From NCBI GenBank assembly GCA_963787995.1, contig CAWBEO010000001.1, positions 78,337 to 142,336 on the forward strand: a DNA stretch of 64,000 nucleotides, read 5' to 3'. The notes under the pieces were generated by a model, which made no database searches, was not told where the DNA came from, and worked only from the letters and a program-made list of their open reading frames with translations. Every line of letters starts with the position of its first letter. The stretch's first letter is position 1. The position numbers and the translations under genes were made by a program. Origin of the DNA: an uncultured Acidobacteriaceae bacterium. Lineage in GTDB: Bacteria; Acidobacteriota; Terriglobia; Terriglobales; Acidobacteriaceae. Of the stretch, positions 46,448 to 56,538 are shown piece after piece.

Positions 46448-49400
46448 ATGCGAAGGACGCGAACTCTTTATACTCTGGCATTTGCCTGTATGCCGCTGTG
46501 CGGGGCTGTGGCTTTGGCCCAGGCGGTTGCGCCGTCTGTACGGATTGTGCGCCCTATCGAAGAGAGCGCGCGGGTGACGCTTAAGGGGAACACGCATCCG
46601 CTTGCCAATGCCAGGAATGACCGGGGCCGGGTGAGTCCGGATCTGCCGATGACGGATCTGATTCTGGTATTGAGCCGTTCGCCAGAGCAGCAGGCGGCCT
46701 TCGACAAGTTTGTGGCCGGTCAATACGACCCGGGTTCGCCTGATTTTCATCACTGGCTTGCTCCGGAGCAGGTGGGCGCGGAGTTCGGCCCTTCCGCGAG
46801 CGATATTGCGACGATCTCCAATTGGCTGACCGGACACGGATTCACAGTCGATAAAGTGTCCAAGGATCGCATGTCGATCCGGTTCAGCGGGACGGCCGGG
46901 CAGGTGGAGAGCGCCTTCCATACCGAGATTCATCACTTGGAGGCCAGGGGCGTTCAGCATATCGGCAATTTCAGCGACCCGCAGATTCCGGCGGCGCTGG
47001 CGCAAGTCGTGGTGGGACCCAAGTCGCTGCATAACTTCTTTGCACGGCCCAGATCCCGGTTAGGCAGCAAGGTTATCAGGGATACTGCTACGGGAAAGTG
47101 GCGGCGCGTGAGCGAGGATTCAACCGGTTCCGGCGCAAGCGGAGCAGCTAAGCCAGGAAAGGCTCGGCCTGAGTTCGGCATCAGCGTGCCCGCCAGCGGC
47201 AATACCCTCCCTTACTTGGTTGAAGATGTGACGCCGTATGATTTTGCCACGATCTACAACATTCTTCCCCTTTGGACGGCGAGCACGCCGGTCGACGGAA
47301 CCGGCCAGACTATCGCCATCGCCGGCACCAGCGCTATTAATTTTGGCACAAGCGTTGCCGGTGGCAATGGCGTAAATGATTTGGCCACATTTCGCAGCAC
47401 CTTTGGCCTGCCTGCATACACCACTGGCCAGTTCACGATGTTTTCCGGCAACAGCCAACCGCTCACCGTCTGCACAGACACGGCCGCAAGCGCGCTTTGC
47501 GGCATCAACGACTTACTGGAAAACACGCTGGATGTGGAGTGGTCCGGAGCAATCGCCAAGGGTGCCAATGTCGTGCTAGTGGCATCCTATCCAGCCTCCA
47601 GTACGGACGACAATCTATTCGACTCAGAGAGTTATATTGTTGACAATAAAACAGCCAATATCATGAATGTGAGCTATGGCCAGTGCGAACTGTTTTATGG
47701 AACTGCCGGCAATGTCGAAAACTATAATCTCTGGCAAACGGCGGCATCCGAGGGGATCGCAGTATTTGTTTCTGCGGGAGACGGCGGCTCAGCGGAATGC
47801 GATGATGGCGGAGACACAATCGGGAATCCTTATTCCGCGCAATATGGCCTATCCGTGAGCGGATTGGCGTCTACGCCTTATAACACTGCGGTTGGCGGAA
47901 CTGACTTCAACTGGTGTTCCCCAGCTTCAACTACCGAGTGTACAGCCGCGCCCTATTGGAGCTCGACCAACGCTGCCAATGGCTCCAGCGCCCTTGGATA
48001 TGTGCCTGAAGTTCCATGGAACGACACCTGCGCGGGTCCGCTGGCTGTAAGTTTTCTAGAGGGACAGGCCAGCCAATATAACATTACAGGCGTCAGCGAT
48101 GCTGAGACAGCATGCAATTTTGTCTACAATCAATGGTCGACTATCTATCAAGATACCGGCGGCGCCCCAAACGGCGTCAATCTATCCTACTATGTCGATA
48201 CAGTGGGCGGAGGAGGAGGCGCAAGCGGGTGCATAGTCAGCAGTTCTACTTCTTCAGTTAACGGAAATTGCACTGCCGGGGCCACCAGTACGGGCGCCAC
48301 AACCAACCCTGATACCGGCGCCGCACAGGGATCAATTTCACTTACCAATAACGGATGGCCCAAACCTAGCTGGCAGACCGGCGTTGCCGGTATTCCCAGC
48401 GACGGTGTGCGCGACATTCCAGATATTTCTTTTTTTGGATCGGACGGGTTTCTTTCAAGCAGTTCCTATCTGGTCTGCGTTTCTGCTTTAGACACAAGCA
48501 ATGCAACTTGCAGTTATTCGCCTACCAGCGAGCCAACTGCTCAGGAGGTTGGCGGAACCTCCGCTGCAACCGCGACCATGTCGGGCGTGATGGCGCTAAT
48601 CAACCAAAAGGCAGGAGAAGCGCAGGGGAATCCCAATGCCGAATTTTACAGTCTTGCCGCGAAGCAAACCTATTCAAATTGCAGCGCGGAGAAAGCTACA
48701 ACAGCGAATGTATGCTACTTCAACGATATCGACACCTATACCAACGCGATGCCGTGCGATTACGGCGCGACAGAGGGCGATCCTTCGCAGGCTGGCATTC
48801 AATCACCGAATTGCTCAATACTGAACTCAGGAGATCTGATCGGCATTCTGCCCAGTTATAGCGCTGGAGTTGGATATGACCAGGCGACAGGTTTGGGATC
48901 ATTGAATGTGGCCAACGTTGTCAATGGATGGGCGAATCCATCTACATCAACATTTACGTTAACAGCTACCACGCCGGCTGCTGTTGCTCCTGGAACATCC
49001 GCATCTTCGACCGTGACTGTAGCCACAACAGACGGTTATTCAGGAACTGTCACACTTTCCTGCGCGCTCACTTCATCTAACCCCTCCACGGCGACAGACG
49101 CGCCCAGCTGTTCCATTGCAACCCCAACAGTAACATTAAATTCCAGCGCCACCAGCGGGACTGCCAATGTAACGATAACCACAACCGCAGCCACCACCAG
49201 CCAACTGATCGCTCCGCATCCGCGCGGCGAGGGCCAGAGATGGATGAGCGAAGGCGCGGTACTGGCGCTCTTGATGTTTTTCGGGGTGCCCATCCGGCGG
49301 CGCTATTGGAGATCAGTTTTGAGTGCCGTTCTTGCGATTGCAGCGCTGAGCGGATTGACCGGATGCGGCAACTTCTGGGAAGCACCGGTAACTTCGACTG

Positions 49401-49501
49401 CTACGGGAACGACCGCCGGCACATACACGTTTACCGTGACCGGCACCGGGAACCCCGTGGTTACTCCTGTTACAACCACGTTCAGTATCACTGTTAATTG
49501 A
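46448..49501 (+). CDS. S53 (sedolisin/kumamolisin) serine peptidase with pro-domain, Ig-like domain and C-terminal TM/lipobox-like tail
   Basis: Pro-kumamolisin domain; ENTLDVEW (Glu/Asp), SAGDGG, RDIPDIS, GGTSAA (Ser), YDQATGLGS. Confidence 0.93.
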   Translation: MRRTRTLYTLAFACMPLCGAVALAQAVAPSVRIVRPIEESARVTLKGNTHPLANARNDRGRVSPDLPMTDLILVLSRSPEQQAAFDKFVAGQYDPGSPDFHHWLAPEQVGAEFGPSASDIATISNWLTGHGFTVDKVSKDRMSIRFSGTAGQVESAFHTEIHHLEARGVQHIGNFSDPQIPAALAQVVVGPKSLHNFFARPRSRLGSKVIRDTATGKWRRVSEDSTGSGASGAAKPGKARPEFGISVPASGNTLPYLVEDVTPYDFATIYNILPLWTASTPVDGTGQTIAIAGTSAINFGTSVAGGNGVNDLATFRSTFGLPAYTTGQFTMFSGNSQPLTVCTDTAASALCGINDLLENTLDVEWSGAIAKGANVVLVASYPASSTDDNLFDSESYIVDNKTANIMNVSYGQCELFYGTAGNVENYNLWQTAASEGIAVFVSAGDGGSAECDDGGDTIGNPYSAQYGLSVSGLASTPYNTAVGGTDFNWCSPASTTECTAAPYWSSTNAANGSSALGYVPEVPWNDTCAGPLAVSFLEGQASQYNITGVSDAETACNFVYNQWSTIYQDTGGAPNGVNLSYYVDTVGGGGGASGCIVSSSTSSVNGNCTAGATSTGATTNPDTGAAQGSISLTNNGWPKPSWQTGVAGIPSDGVRDIPDISFFGSDGFLSSSSYLVCVSALDTSNATCSYSPTSEPTAQEVGGTSAATATMSGVMALINQKAGEAQGNPNAEFYSLAAKQTYSNCSAEKATTANVCYFNDIDTYTNAMPCDYGATEGDPSQAGIQSPNCSILNSGDLIGILPSYSAGVGYDQATGLGSLNVANVVNGWANPSTSTFTLTATTPAAVAPGTSASSTVTVATTDGYSGTVTLSCALTSSNPSTATDAPSCSIATPTVTLNSSATSGTANVTITTTAATTSQLIAPHPRGEGQRWMSEGAVLALLMFFGVPIRRRYWRSVLSAVLAIAALSGLTGCGNFWEAPVTSTATGTTAGTYTFTVTGTGNPVVTPVTTTFSITVN

Positions 49502-49739
49502 CCCATGACTCACGAATCTTCATTGCTAATTGGAAGGAATTCCTGCTTTATCAATATGTTTCTGATTGAAGTGTTTACACATCCTCACGAGGCGATATTG
49601 TTCTCGCGTTCGCTTTGGATGTAATTTCTTCGCGTGCTGCAAGGCCGTTTGTTCCCCATGTTGGAAAAGCAGTTAGGTTTGTTGACCCGTAATCGTCTAG
49701 GTCTCTGACAGAATAAAGTTGTTCCTCTTTTAGCCGAAA

Positions 49740-49880
49740 TACGCGTTACTCGGCCATCGCGGGGACATACGCTGCGGTCATGAACGCGGCGACGATCGAT
49801 GCGGCTACCTTCACGCTGACTGCGCCGGACGCAGTTGGCCACCGCAACACTTGCACCGAGTTCCTATACGTTGAATTGCG
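49740..49880 (+). pseudogene. Decayed Big_5/SbsA-type Ig-domain fragment
   Basis: MNAATIDAATFTLTAP and, after a frameshift, ATATLAPSSYT; no intact ORF. Confidence 0.4.
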
Positions 49881-50251
49881 GCGTAAAGGAAGGCAGACCC
49901 GTTAAGGAAGGCTTGAAGCCGTGGGAGTCTGCCGCCGCAACGGCGTTCTTTACAGTGAGGGCGTTTGAGCCGCCGCCAATCAGATGCTCAGCAAGCCCCA
50001 GCGAGATGAAGCTCGGAAAAACGAGCACCGTAACCGCTAGCGGAGTGAGTACGCAAAACTGCCCGGCCGTATCATCCATCGACAGCACTCAAGATGTTTT
50101 TCAGTCTGGAACGGTCTTCGCTGAGCGAAGAAGCAAGGGATGACACTGCGCGAGCTGGACGACTTTTTCAGCAATCGAGCCAAAAACCATCGAATGCCCG
50201 CCGGAAAAATGACTCGGCGGGCCCGGAAAGTTTGCAAAATCCACTCATCAA

Positions 50252-51886
50252 TCAGGCTTGCGGCGCCGCCACGCTGGCCTTGCGCCACAATTTTTCCATC
50301 TGCTCCAGCGAACGGCCTTTGGTCTCCGGCACAAATCTCCACATGAACAAGGCGGCCAGAATGCTCATCCCGCCGTAGATCCAATAGGCGAAGCCGTGCT
50401 TGAAATGCTCCACCAGATAAGGGTTCTCATCCAGAATGGGGAAGGTCCAGCTCACCAGATAATTGGCGATCCACTGCGCCGCCACCGCGATAGCCATGGC
50501 CTTGCCGCGAATCTGATTGGGGAAGATCTCGCTCAGCAGCACCCAGGTCACCGGGCCCCAGGAGACGGCAAAGCCGGCGGTGTAGACCAGCATGGCCACC
50601 AGAGCAACCATGCCCTTGCCGCCCAGCCAGAAGTCCGCGCCCAACGTAATCATGGCCGCCGCCATCACCAGCGCGCCGATAATCTGCAGCGGCTTGCGCC
50701 CGAAGTGATCCACGCTCAGAACGGCAACCACGGTGAAAGCCAGGTTGACCGCGCCCACAATGATGGTTTGCATCAGCGAGGCGTTGGTGCTCATGCCCAT
50801 GCCCTTGAAGATGTCCGTCGCATAATAAAGCACGACATTGATGCCCACGAATTGCTGAAAGACCGAGAGCGTGATGCCGATGAAAATTAGCATCCCGCCG
50901 TAGGAAAGAAGACTTTTGAAAAAATTCTTATTCAAAACAGCAATGATAGATATCCCAAAAATGGCAACACCCATGACAACTGTTTGCATTAACGAGATTT
51001 TGCTGCCAACGATTTGTCTTGAAATTAGAATTAAGGCCGTAAGTCCTATTAAATAGAGTAATGTTCTGAAGGTAAGTTTTGTGTCGGAATATTGCTCAGT
51101 ATGCTCGCTGAGCGAGGCGCGAATCTCCGAGAGTTCCTGTTCCTGCTCTTCCGGCGTAACCAGCTTGGCCAGCACGGCGCGAGCGCCGGACTCGTCGCCC
51201 TTCAGCATCAAGAAGCGCGGCGTCTCCGGCACCAAAAACAGCAGCAGCAGAAAGAGCGCCGCCGGAATCACGCCGGACAGAAACATATAACGCCAGCCGA
51301 TGGTATTCAGCCACGCGTCGCCGCTGCCCGTCTTGGAGATTCCGAAGTTGACAAAGTAGATCACCAGCATCCCGAAGATGATGGCGAACTGGTTCCACGC
51401 CACCAGATTGCCCCGCACCTTGGGCGGCGCAATCTCCGCGATATACATCGGCGAAAGCATCGAAGCCAGTCCCACGCCAATCCCGCCCAGAATGCGGTAA
51501 AAGACGAAGAAATACATATAACCGTACCCGCCGTGGCCGATGGGGGCGAAAGGAAACTCCGGCGCGGCCGCGCCCAGCGCAGAGAGCAGGAAGAGCACGG
51601 CGGCAATCACCAACCCCCGCTTGCGGCCGATGCGGGTGCTCACCCAGCCGCCCGCCAGGCCGCCGATAATGCAGCCGATCAGAGCACTCGAAACCACAAA
51701 GCCGAGCAGCGAATTGGCGGCGTTGGCCTGGGCGGCGTTGTGCAGATCGGTAAAGCGCGGATCAATGAAATAGGCCTTCAGACTGCTCACCGCACCGTTG
51801 ATGACGGCTGTGTCATAGCCAAAAAGCAATCCCCCCAGCGTGGCGATGAGGGTCAGTAAAACGACGTATGGATTCAATTTCGACAT
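50252..51886 (-). CDS. xylE: D-xylose:H+ symporter-like sugar porter (MFS) with central insertion
   Basis: GGLLFGYDTAVING, PMYIAEIAP, PETPR, QQFVGINVVLYY, GPVTWVLLSEIFP, PETKGRSLE; start ATG 51886. Confidence 0.9.
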   Translation of the reverse strand: MSKLNPYVVLLTLIATLGGLLFGYDTAVINGAVSSLKAYFIDPRFTDLHNAAQANAANSLLGFVVSSALIGCIIGGLAGGWVSTRIGRKRGLVIAAVLFLLSALGAAAPEFPFAPIGHGGYGYMYFFVFYRILGGIGVGLASMLSPMYIAEIAPPKVRGNLVAWNQFAIIFGMLVIYFVNFGISKTGSGDAWLNTIGWRYMFLSGVIPAALFLLLLFLVPETPRFLMLKGDESGARAVLAKLVTPEEQEQELSEIRASLSEHTEQYSDTKLTFRTLLYLIGLTALILISRQIVGSKISLMQTVVMGVAIFGISIIAVLNKNFFKSLLSYGGMLIFIGITLSVFQQFVGINVVLYYATDIFKGMGMSTNASLMQTIIVGAVNLAFTVVAVLSVDHFGRKPLQIIGALVMAAAMITLGADFWLGGKGMVALVAMLVYTAGFAVSWGPVTWVLLSEIFPNQIRGKAMAIAVAAQWIANYLVSWTFPILDENPYLVEHFKHGFAYWIYGGMSILAALFMWRFVPETKGRSLEQMEKLWRKASVAAPQA

Positions 51887-52083
51887 GTTGTTCCTAATAT
51901 CACGGTTGGTTTCCGGGTGGATTTTACACAAATACGAACCCCTGAAATCATACCCTATTCGATCAATGGCCGGACACTGCACGCTCGCTCCCGCCAAAAA
52001 ATCGCCGCGCCGGGAAGATTTAGAATGGAGAGTGACAGAATCTTGCGCCGGCTTGTCCGGCCGGAAGGCACGTTCTCATCCCT

Positions 52084-53949
52084 ATGCATCGCTGGTCAAA
52101 ACTCTTCATTCCCACCCTTCGCGAGGCCCCGGCAGACGCCGAAGTAGCCAGCCACCGTTTTCTCATCCGCTCCGGCTACATCCGCCAGATGGGCGCGGGG
52201 CTGTATAACTACCTCTTCCTGGCGCAGCGCTCCATTAACAAGATCATCGCCATTGTGCGCGAAGAGATGGACCAGATCGGCCAGGAGTTCTTTCTGCCCG
52301 CGCTGCTTCCCAAAGAGCCATGGGTGGAGAGCGGCCGCTGGACGGGCATGGGCGACAATATGTTCCGCCTCAAGGACCGCAAAGGCGCGGAGATGTGCCT
52401 GGGCATGACCCACGAAGAGATCATGACCGTGATCGCCCGCGGCGAGTTGCGCAGCTATAAACAACTTCCTCAAATCTGGTATCAGATTCAGACCAAATTC
52501 CGCGACGAGCCTCGTCCGAAGTCGGGCCTGTTGCGCGTGCGCCAATTCACGATGAAGGATGCGTACTCCTTCGACATCGACAAGGCTGGCCTGGACAAGA
52601 GCTTTGAACTGCACGACGCGGTTTACCGCAAAATTTTCTCGCGCTGCGGGCTGAAGTTTGTCGCCGTCGAGGCGGATTCGGGATCGATGGGCGGATCGCA
52701 GTCGCAGGAGTTCATGAGCTACACCGACGCGGGCGAGGATCTGATTGCAAGCTGCCCGGTCTGCGGCTATGCGGCGAATACCGAGAAGGCGACGTCGAAG
52801 CTGGCGCCTGTGGTTGAGTTAGAGGCTACGGGAGATGGGACTCCGGAGGAGATTCATACGCCGGGGATGGGCGCGATTGCCGACATTGCGGCCTTCCTCA
52901 AGATGAGCGAGGCTAACGACATCAAGTGCGTGGCGTATATGGCGAATGTGCCGGGTAAAGACGAGGAGACAGCCCTAAAAGTACTGCAAGACAACAAGTC
53001 ACTGGACAAAGTCTCCTTGGCCCAGAAGTACTTGGCCGCGCTGCCTTCGCAACCCGTCGCCGTTTTTCTCCGTGGCGATCACTTCGTCAACGAAACGAAG
53101 CTGCTTAAGGTTCTGGGCGCCACCGAGCTTCGTCCCATGGTGGCCGAGGAGTTGAAAGACTGGTTCGATGGTCCTGCAGGTTACCTGGGACCCATGGGCC
53201 TCGACCCCGCAAAGATAATTAATGACGGCAGTCTGAACGTCATCTTCGACACAGCCCTGGAAGGCCGGAAGAATATGGTCTGCGGCGCGAACAAACTGGA
53301 TTATCATCTACGCAACGTCACGCCGGGCCGCGATTTTTCCTGGACTTTGCTGGCCGACATTCGCACGGTGAATGAAGGCGAAGGCTGCCCCAAAGATGGC
53401 TGCACGGGCAAGCTGGTCGTCGGCAAGGCCGTCGAGATCGGACACATCTTCAAGCTGGGCTACAAGTATTCCGAGTCGATGGGTGCGCGTGTGCTGGACC
53501 CCAACGGCAAGGAAGTCACGCCGATCATGGGCTCGTACGGCATCGGCATCGAGCGCATCCTTACAGCCGCTGTTGAGCAATCCAACGACAAAAACGGCTT
53601 TTGGCTGCCGGCTTCGATTGCGCCTTTCACGGTGGTCGTCACGGTGACGAATATGACCGATGCGCTGCTCAAGGAGACGGGCGAAAAGCTGGCTGCTGAG
53701 CTGGAAGCAGCGGGCCTCGATGTGTTGCTGGATGACCGAGACGAACGCGCAGGCGTCAAATTCAAGGATGCGGATTTGATCGGCATTCCCTATCGCGTCA
53801 ACGTCGGCAAAAAGGCCGTTGAGGGCAAGGTGGAACTGGTGACGCGTGCGACTTCAACCAGCGTGGATGTGGCGTTGAAGGAAGTTGTGGCTCTCGTGAA
53901 AGAGCGCGTGGCGGAAGAACAGCTTTTGCTGTTAGCTCTTAGCTTTTAG
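52084..53949 (+). CDS. proS: Prolyl-tRNA synthetase
   Basis: [17 protein letters not shown] motif 2, editing domain, [16 protein letters not shown], anticodon domain. Confidence 0.97.
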   Translation: MHRWSKLFIPTLREAPADAEVASHRFLIRSGYIRQMGAGLYNYLFLAQRSINKIIAIVREEMDQIGQEFFLPALLPKEPWVESGRWTGMGDNMFRLKDRKGAEMCLGMTHEEIMTVIARGELRSYKQLPQIWYQIQTKFRDEPRPKSGLLRVRQFTMKDAYSFDIDKAGLDKSFELHDAVYRKIFSRCGLKFVAVEADSGSMGGSQSQEFMSYTDAGEDLIASCPVCGYAANTEKATSKLAPVVELEATGDGTPEEIHTPGMGAIADIAAFLKMSEANDIKCVAYMANVPGKDEETALKVLQDNKSLDKVSLAQKYLAALPSQPVAVFLRGDHFVNETKLLKVLGATELRPMVAEELKDWFDGPAGYLGPMGLDPAKIINDGSLNVIFDTALEGRKNMVCGANKLDYHLRNVTPGRDFSWTLLADIRTVNEGEGCPKDGCTGKLVVGKAVEIGHIFKLGYKYSESMGARVLDPNGKEVTPIMGSYGIGIERILTAAVEQSNDKNGFWLPASIAPFTVVVTVTNMTDALLKETGEKLAAELEAAGLDVLLDDRDERAGVKFKDADLIGIPYRVNVGKKAVEGKVELVTRATSTSVDVALKEVVALVKERVAEEQLLLLALSF

Positions 53950-54072
53950 CTTGATTATCAAAAATGCAAACACCTTGGGCATCAAGGAAAGTTTCCAAGT
54001 AAAGCACACAGAGTTTTTAGCTTAGAGCTAACAGCTAGAAGCTAAAAGCTAGAAGCTGAAAGCAGAAAGCTG
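53920..54072. repeat. Inverted pair of AGCT-centred heptamer tandem arrays
   Basis: TAGCTCT/TAGCTTT units at 53920-53952 and AGCTAGA/AGCTAAA units at 54025-54072 are mutually complementary. Confidence 0.7.
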
Positions 54073-54089
54073 TACAGCAAGGAGAATAG

Positions 54090-56498
54090 ATGGCACTGAA
54101 GATCAGGTTTCTCAAACCCACGGGAAATCATCCCATCGCGACGCTGCTTTTACGCGTGGGGCTGCTCGGGTTTTCAGTCTGCGCTCTGATCTTCATTGCC
54201 ACCTTCACCTATTTCTACATCACCTATGGGCGTATTCTGGACGAGCGGCTCAAGTCGCCCGTCTTCGCCAACACAGCCAAAATCTATGCCGCGCCGCGCG
54301 AGGTGCGTCCTGGCCAGAAGTTCTCCGTCAAGCTGCTCGCCGATGAGCTGCGTCAGGCCGGCTACTCCGCCGACGGCGCATCTGAGACCTCCCAGCTCGG
54401 CACCTACAAAGAGGGCGTGCAGACCATCACCGTGCGCCCCGGCCCGCAATCCTATCACGCGCCGGACGCGGCCACCATCCGCGTCAGTTCCGGCGTCGTC
54501 CAATCCATCGCCGACGACCACGGGCAAGCGCTTTCCAGCTATGAATTGGAGCCGCTGCTGATCACCGGCCTGAGCGACGACGCCAACCGCACCAAGCGCC
54601 GCCTGCTGGCCTATAACGAGATTCCAATCAACGCGGTCAATGCCGTTCTGGCCATTGAGGACCGGCGCTTCTTCGAGCACGGCGGCGTCAACTATTTTTC
54701 GATGCTCGGCTGGGCATGGCACGATCTGATCGGCGACCGCAAGCACAAAGGCGGCGCTTCGACGCTGACCATGCAATTGGCCAAGCTGCTCATCGTCGCG
54801 GACACCGGCACAATCAAGTACAAGATATCCCAGATCGTCGTTGCCTTCCAGCTTGAACACCGCTTCAACAAGCAGCAGATCTTCGAGATGTACGCCAACG
54901 AGATTCCCCTCGGCCAGCGCGGCAGCTTCTCCATCAACGGCTTTGGCGAGGCGGCGCCGGTCTACTTCGGCAAGGATGTGAGCAAGCTGGATCTGGCCGA
55001 GTGCGCGTTCCTGGCCGGCATCATCCAGCGGCCCAGCTACTTCAATCCCTTTCACCATCCGGAGCGCACCATCGAGCGGCGCAACCTGGTGCTGGATTCG
55101 ATGGTGGAGACGGGTGCCATCACCAAGGAACAATCCGAGGCCGCCAAGGCTGAGCCGCTGAAGCTGACGCCGCAGAGCGTGGACGCCAGCGAAGCGCCGT
55201 ACTTTGTGGACTTGGTGCACGATCAGTTGATACAAAAGCTGGGCGAGCGCGACTTCAACCACGAAGGGCTGCGCATCTACACCTCACTCGATCCCGACCT
55301 GCAGCGCGAGGCCTCGGCCGCCGTTGATTCCACCATGCACGTGGTCGATGAGCAGGTGGACAAACTGCATGCACGCGAGAAGAAGAAGGGCGAGAAGTAC
55401 GACTATCCGCAGGTGGCGCTGATCGCGCTTGATCCGCACACCGGCCAGGTGCTGGCGCTGGTGGGCGGGCGCAGCTACGGCGGCTCGCAGTTGAATCATG
55501 CCGTCGCCAAGCGCCCCACCGGCTCCATCTTCAAGCCCTTCGTCTACGCCGCGGCCTTTGCCACGGCCACTGAAGGCACCGTGCTGCCGGGGCAGACGAA
55601 GCTGTTTTCGCCGCTGACCATGCTGAAGGATGAGCAGACCACCTACGGCGAAGGCACGCCCTACCAGTACACGCCGAAGAACTTTGAAGATGAGTACTGC
55701 GGCACGTGCACGGCGCGCCACGCGCTGATGCGCTCGCTGAATAATGCGACGATTGGATTGGCTTCACTGGTCGGCTTCGAGCGCGTCGCCCAGCTCGCCC
55801 GCGAGGCCGGCATCAAAGGCGTTGCGGCAACGCCGTCGATGGCCATCGGCTCTTACGACGCCACGCCGCTCGACATGGCCGGCGCCTACACTGTCTTCGC
55901 GAACGGCGGACTGCGCATCAATCCCTGGATGCTGGCCAGTATCCGCAACTCCACAGGCGACGTCATCACCGACTACTCACCGGACTCCAAGCAGGTTCTT
56001 GACCCGCGCGCCGCTTACCTTACTGTCAGCATGATGGAGAATGTTCTGCGCTCGGACGTGACCGGCAGCGGCACCGGAGCGGGCGTGCGCAATATGGGCT
56101 TTCATGCTCCCGCCGCGGGCAAGACCGGCACGGACCACGACGCCTGGTTCGCCGGCTTCACCACCAATCTGCTCTGCATTGTCTGGGTGGGCAACGACGA
56201 CTACACCGACATCAAGATTCAAGGCGCGCACGCCGCCGCGCCCATCTGGGCCGAGTTCATGAAGCGCGCCGTCGCGCTGCCGCAGTATTCCGACACCAAC
56301 GAATTCACCGTCCCCAGCGGCGTGGAAGAGGTCTCCATCGACAGCGCAACCAACCTGCGCAGCGATGAGAGCTGCCCATCGGCTACCATCGAAGCCGCCT
56401 TCCTGGCTGGCACCGCGCCCACGGAAACCTGCGACCACCCTGCCGAGCATCGCAACCTGCTGCAAAAGATCTTCGGCATAGGCAAGAACAACAATTAG
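54090..56498 (+). CDS. mrcB: Penicillin-binding protein 1B (class A PBP with UB2H)
   Basis: GT51 motifs EDRRF, GASTLTMQL; transpeptidase SIFK, SLN, KTG. Confidence 0.93.
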   Translation: MALKIRFLKPTGNHPIATLLLRVGLLGFSVCALIFIATFTYFYITYGRILDERLKSPVFANTAKIYAAPREVRPGQKFSVKLLADELRQAGYSADGASETSQLGTYKEGVQTITVRPGPQSYHAPDAATIRVSSGVVQSIADDHGQALSSYELEPLLITGLSDDANRTKRRLLAYNEIPINAVNAVLAIEDRRFFEHGGVNYFSMLGWAWHDLIGDRKHKGGASTLTMQLAKLLIVADTGTIKYKISQIVVAFQLEHRFNKQQIFEMYANEIPLGQRGSFSINGFGEAAPVYFGKDVSKLDLAECAFLAGIIQRPSYFNPFHHPERTIERRNLVLDSMVETGAITKEQSEAAKAEPLKLTPQSVDASEAPYFVDLVHDQLIQKLGERDFNHEGLRIYTSLDPDLQREASAAVDSTMHVVDEQVDKLHAREKKKGEKYDYPQVALIALDPHTGQVLALVGGRSYGGSQLNHAVAKRPTGSIFKPFVYAAAFATATEGTVLPGQTKLFSPLTMLKDEQTTYGEGTPYQYTPKNFEDEYCGTCTARHALMRSLNNATIGLASLVGFERVAQLAREAGIKGVAATPSMAIGSYDATPLDMAGAYTVFANGGLRINPWMLASIRNSTGDVITDYSPDSKQVLDPRAAYLTVSMMENVLRSDVTGSGTGAGVRNMGFHAPAAGKTGTDHDAWFAGFTTNLLCIVWVGNDDYTDIKIQGAHAAAPIWAEFMKRAVALPQYSDTNEFTVPSGVEEVSIDSATNLRSDESCPSATIEAAFLAGTAPTETCDHPAEHRNLLQKIFGIGKNNN

Positions 56499-56538
56499 CG
56501 TGGAAGAGTCAAAATTACAGAACGAAATTATTTGCCGG

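Noticed and set aside
49585-50250. Intact small genes between the S53 protease and xylE
   Set aside because: Only short frames and a decayed Ig fragment; nothing supportable as a functional CDS
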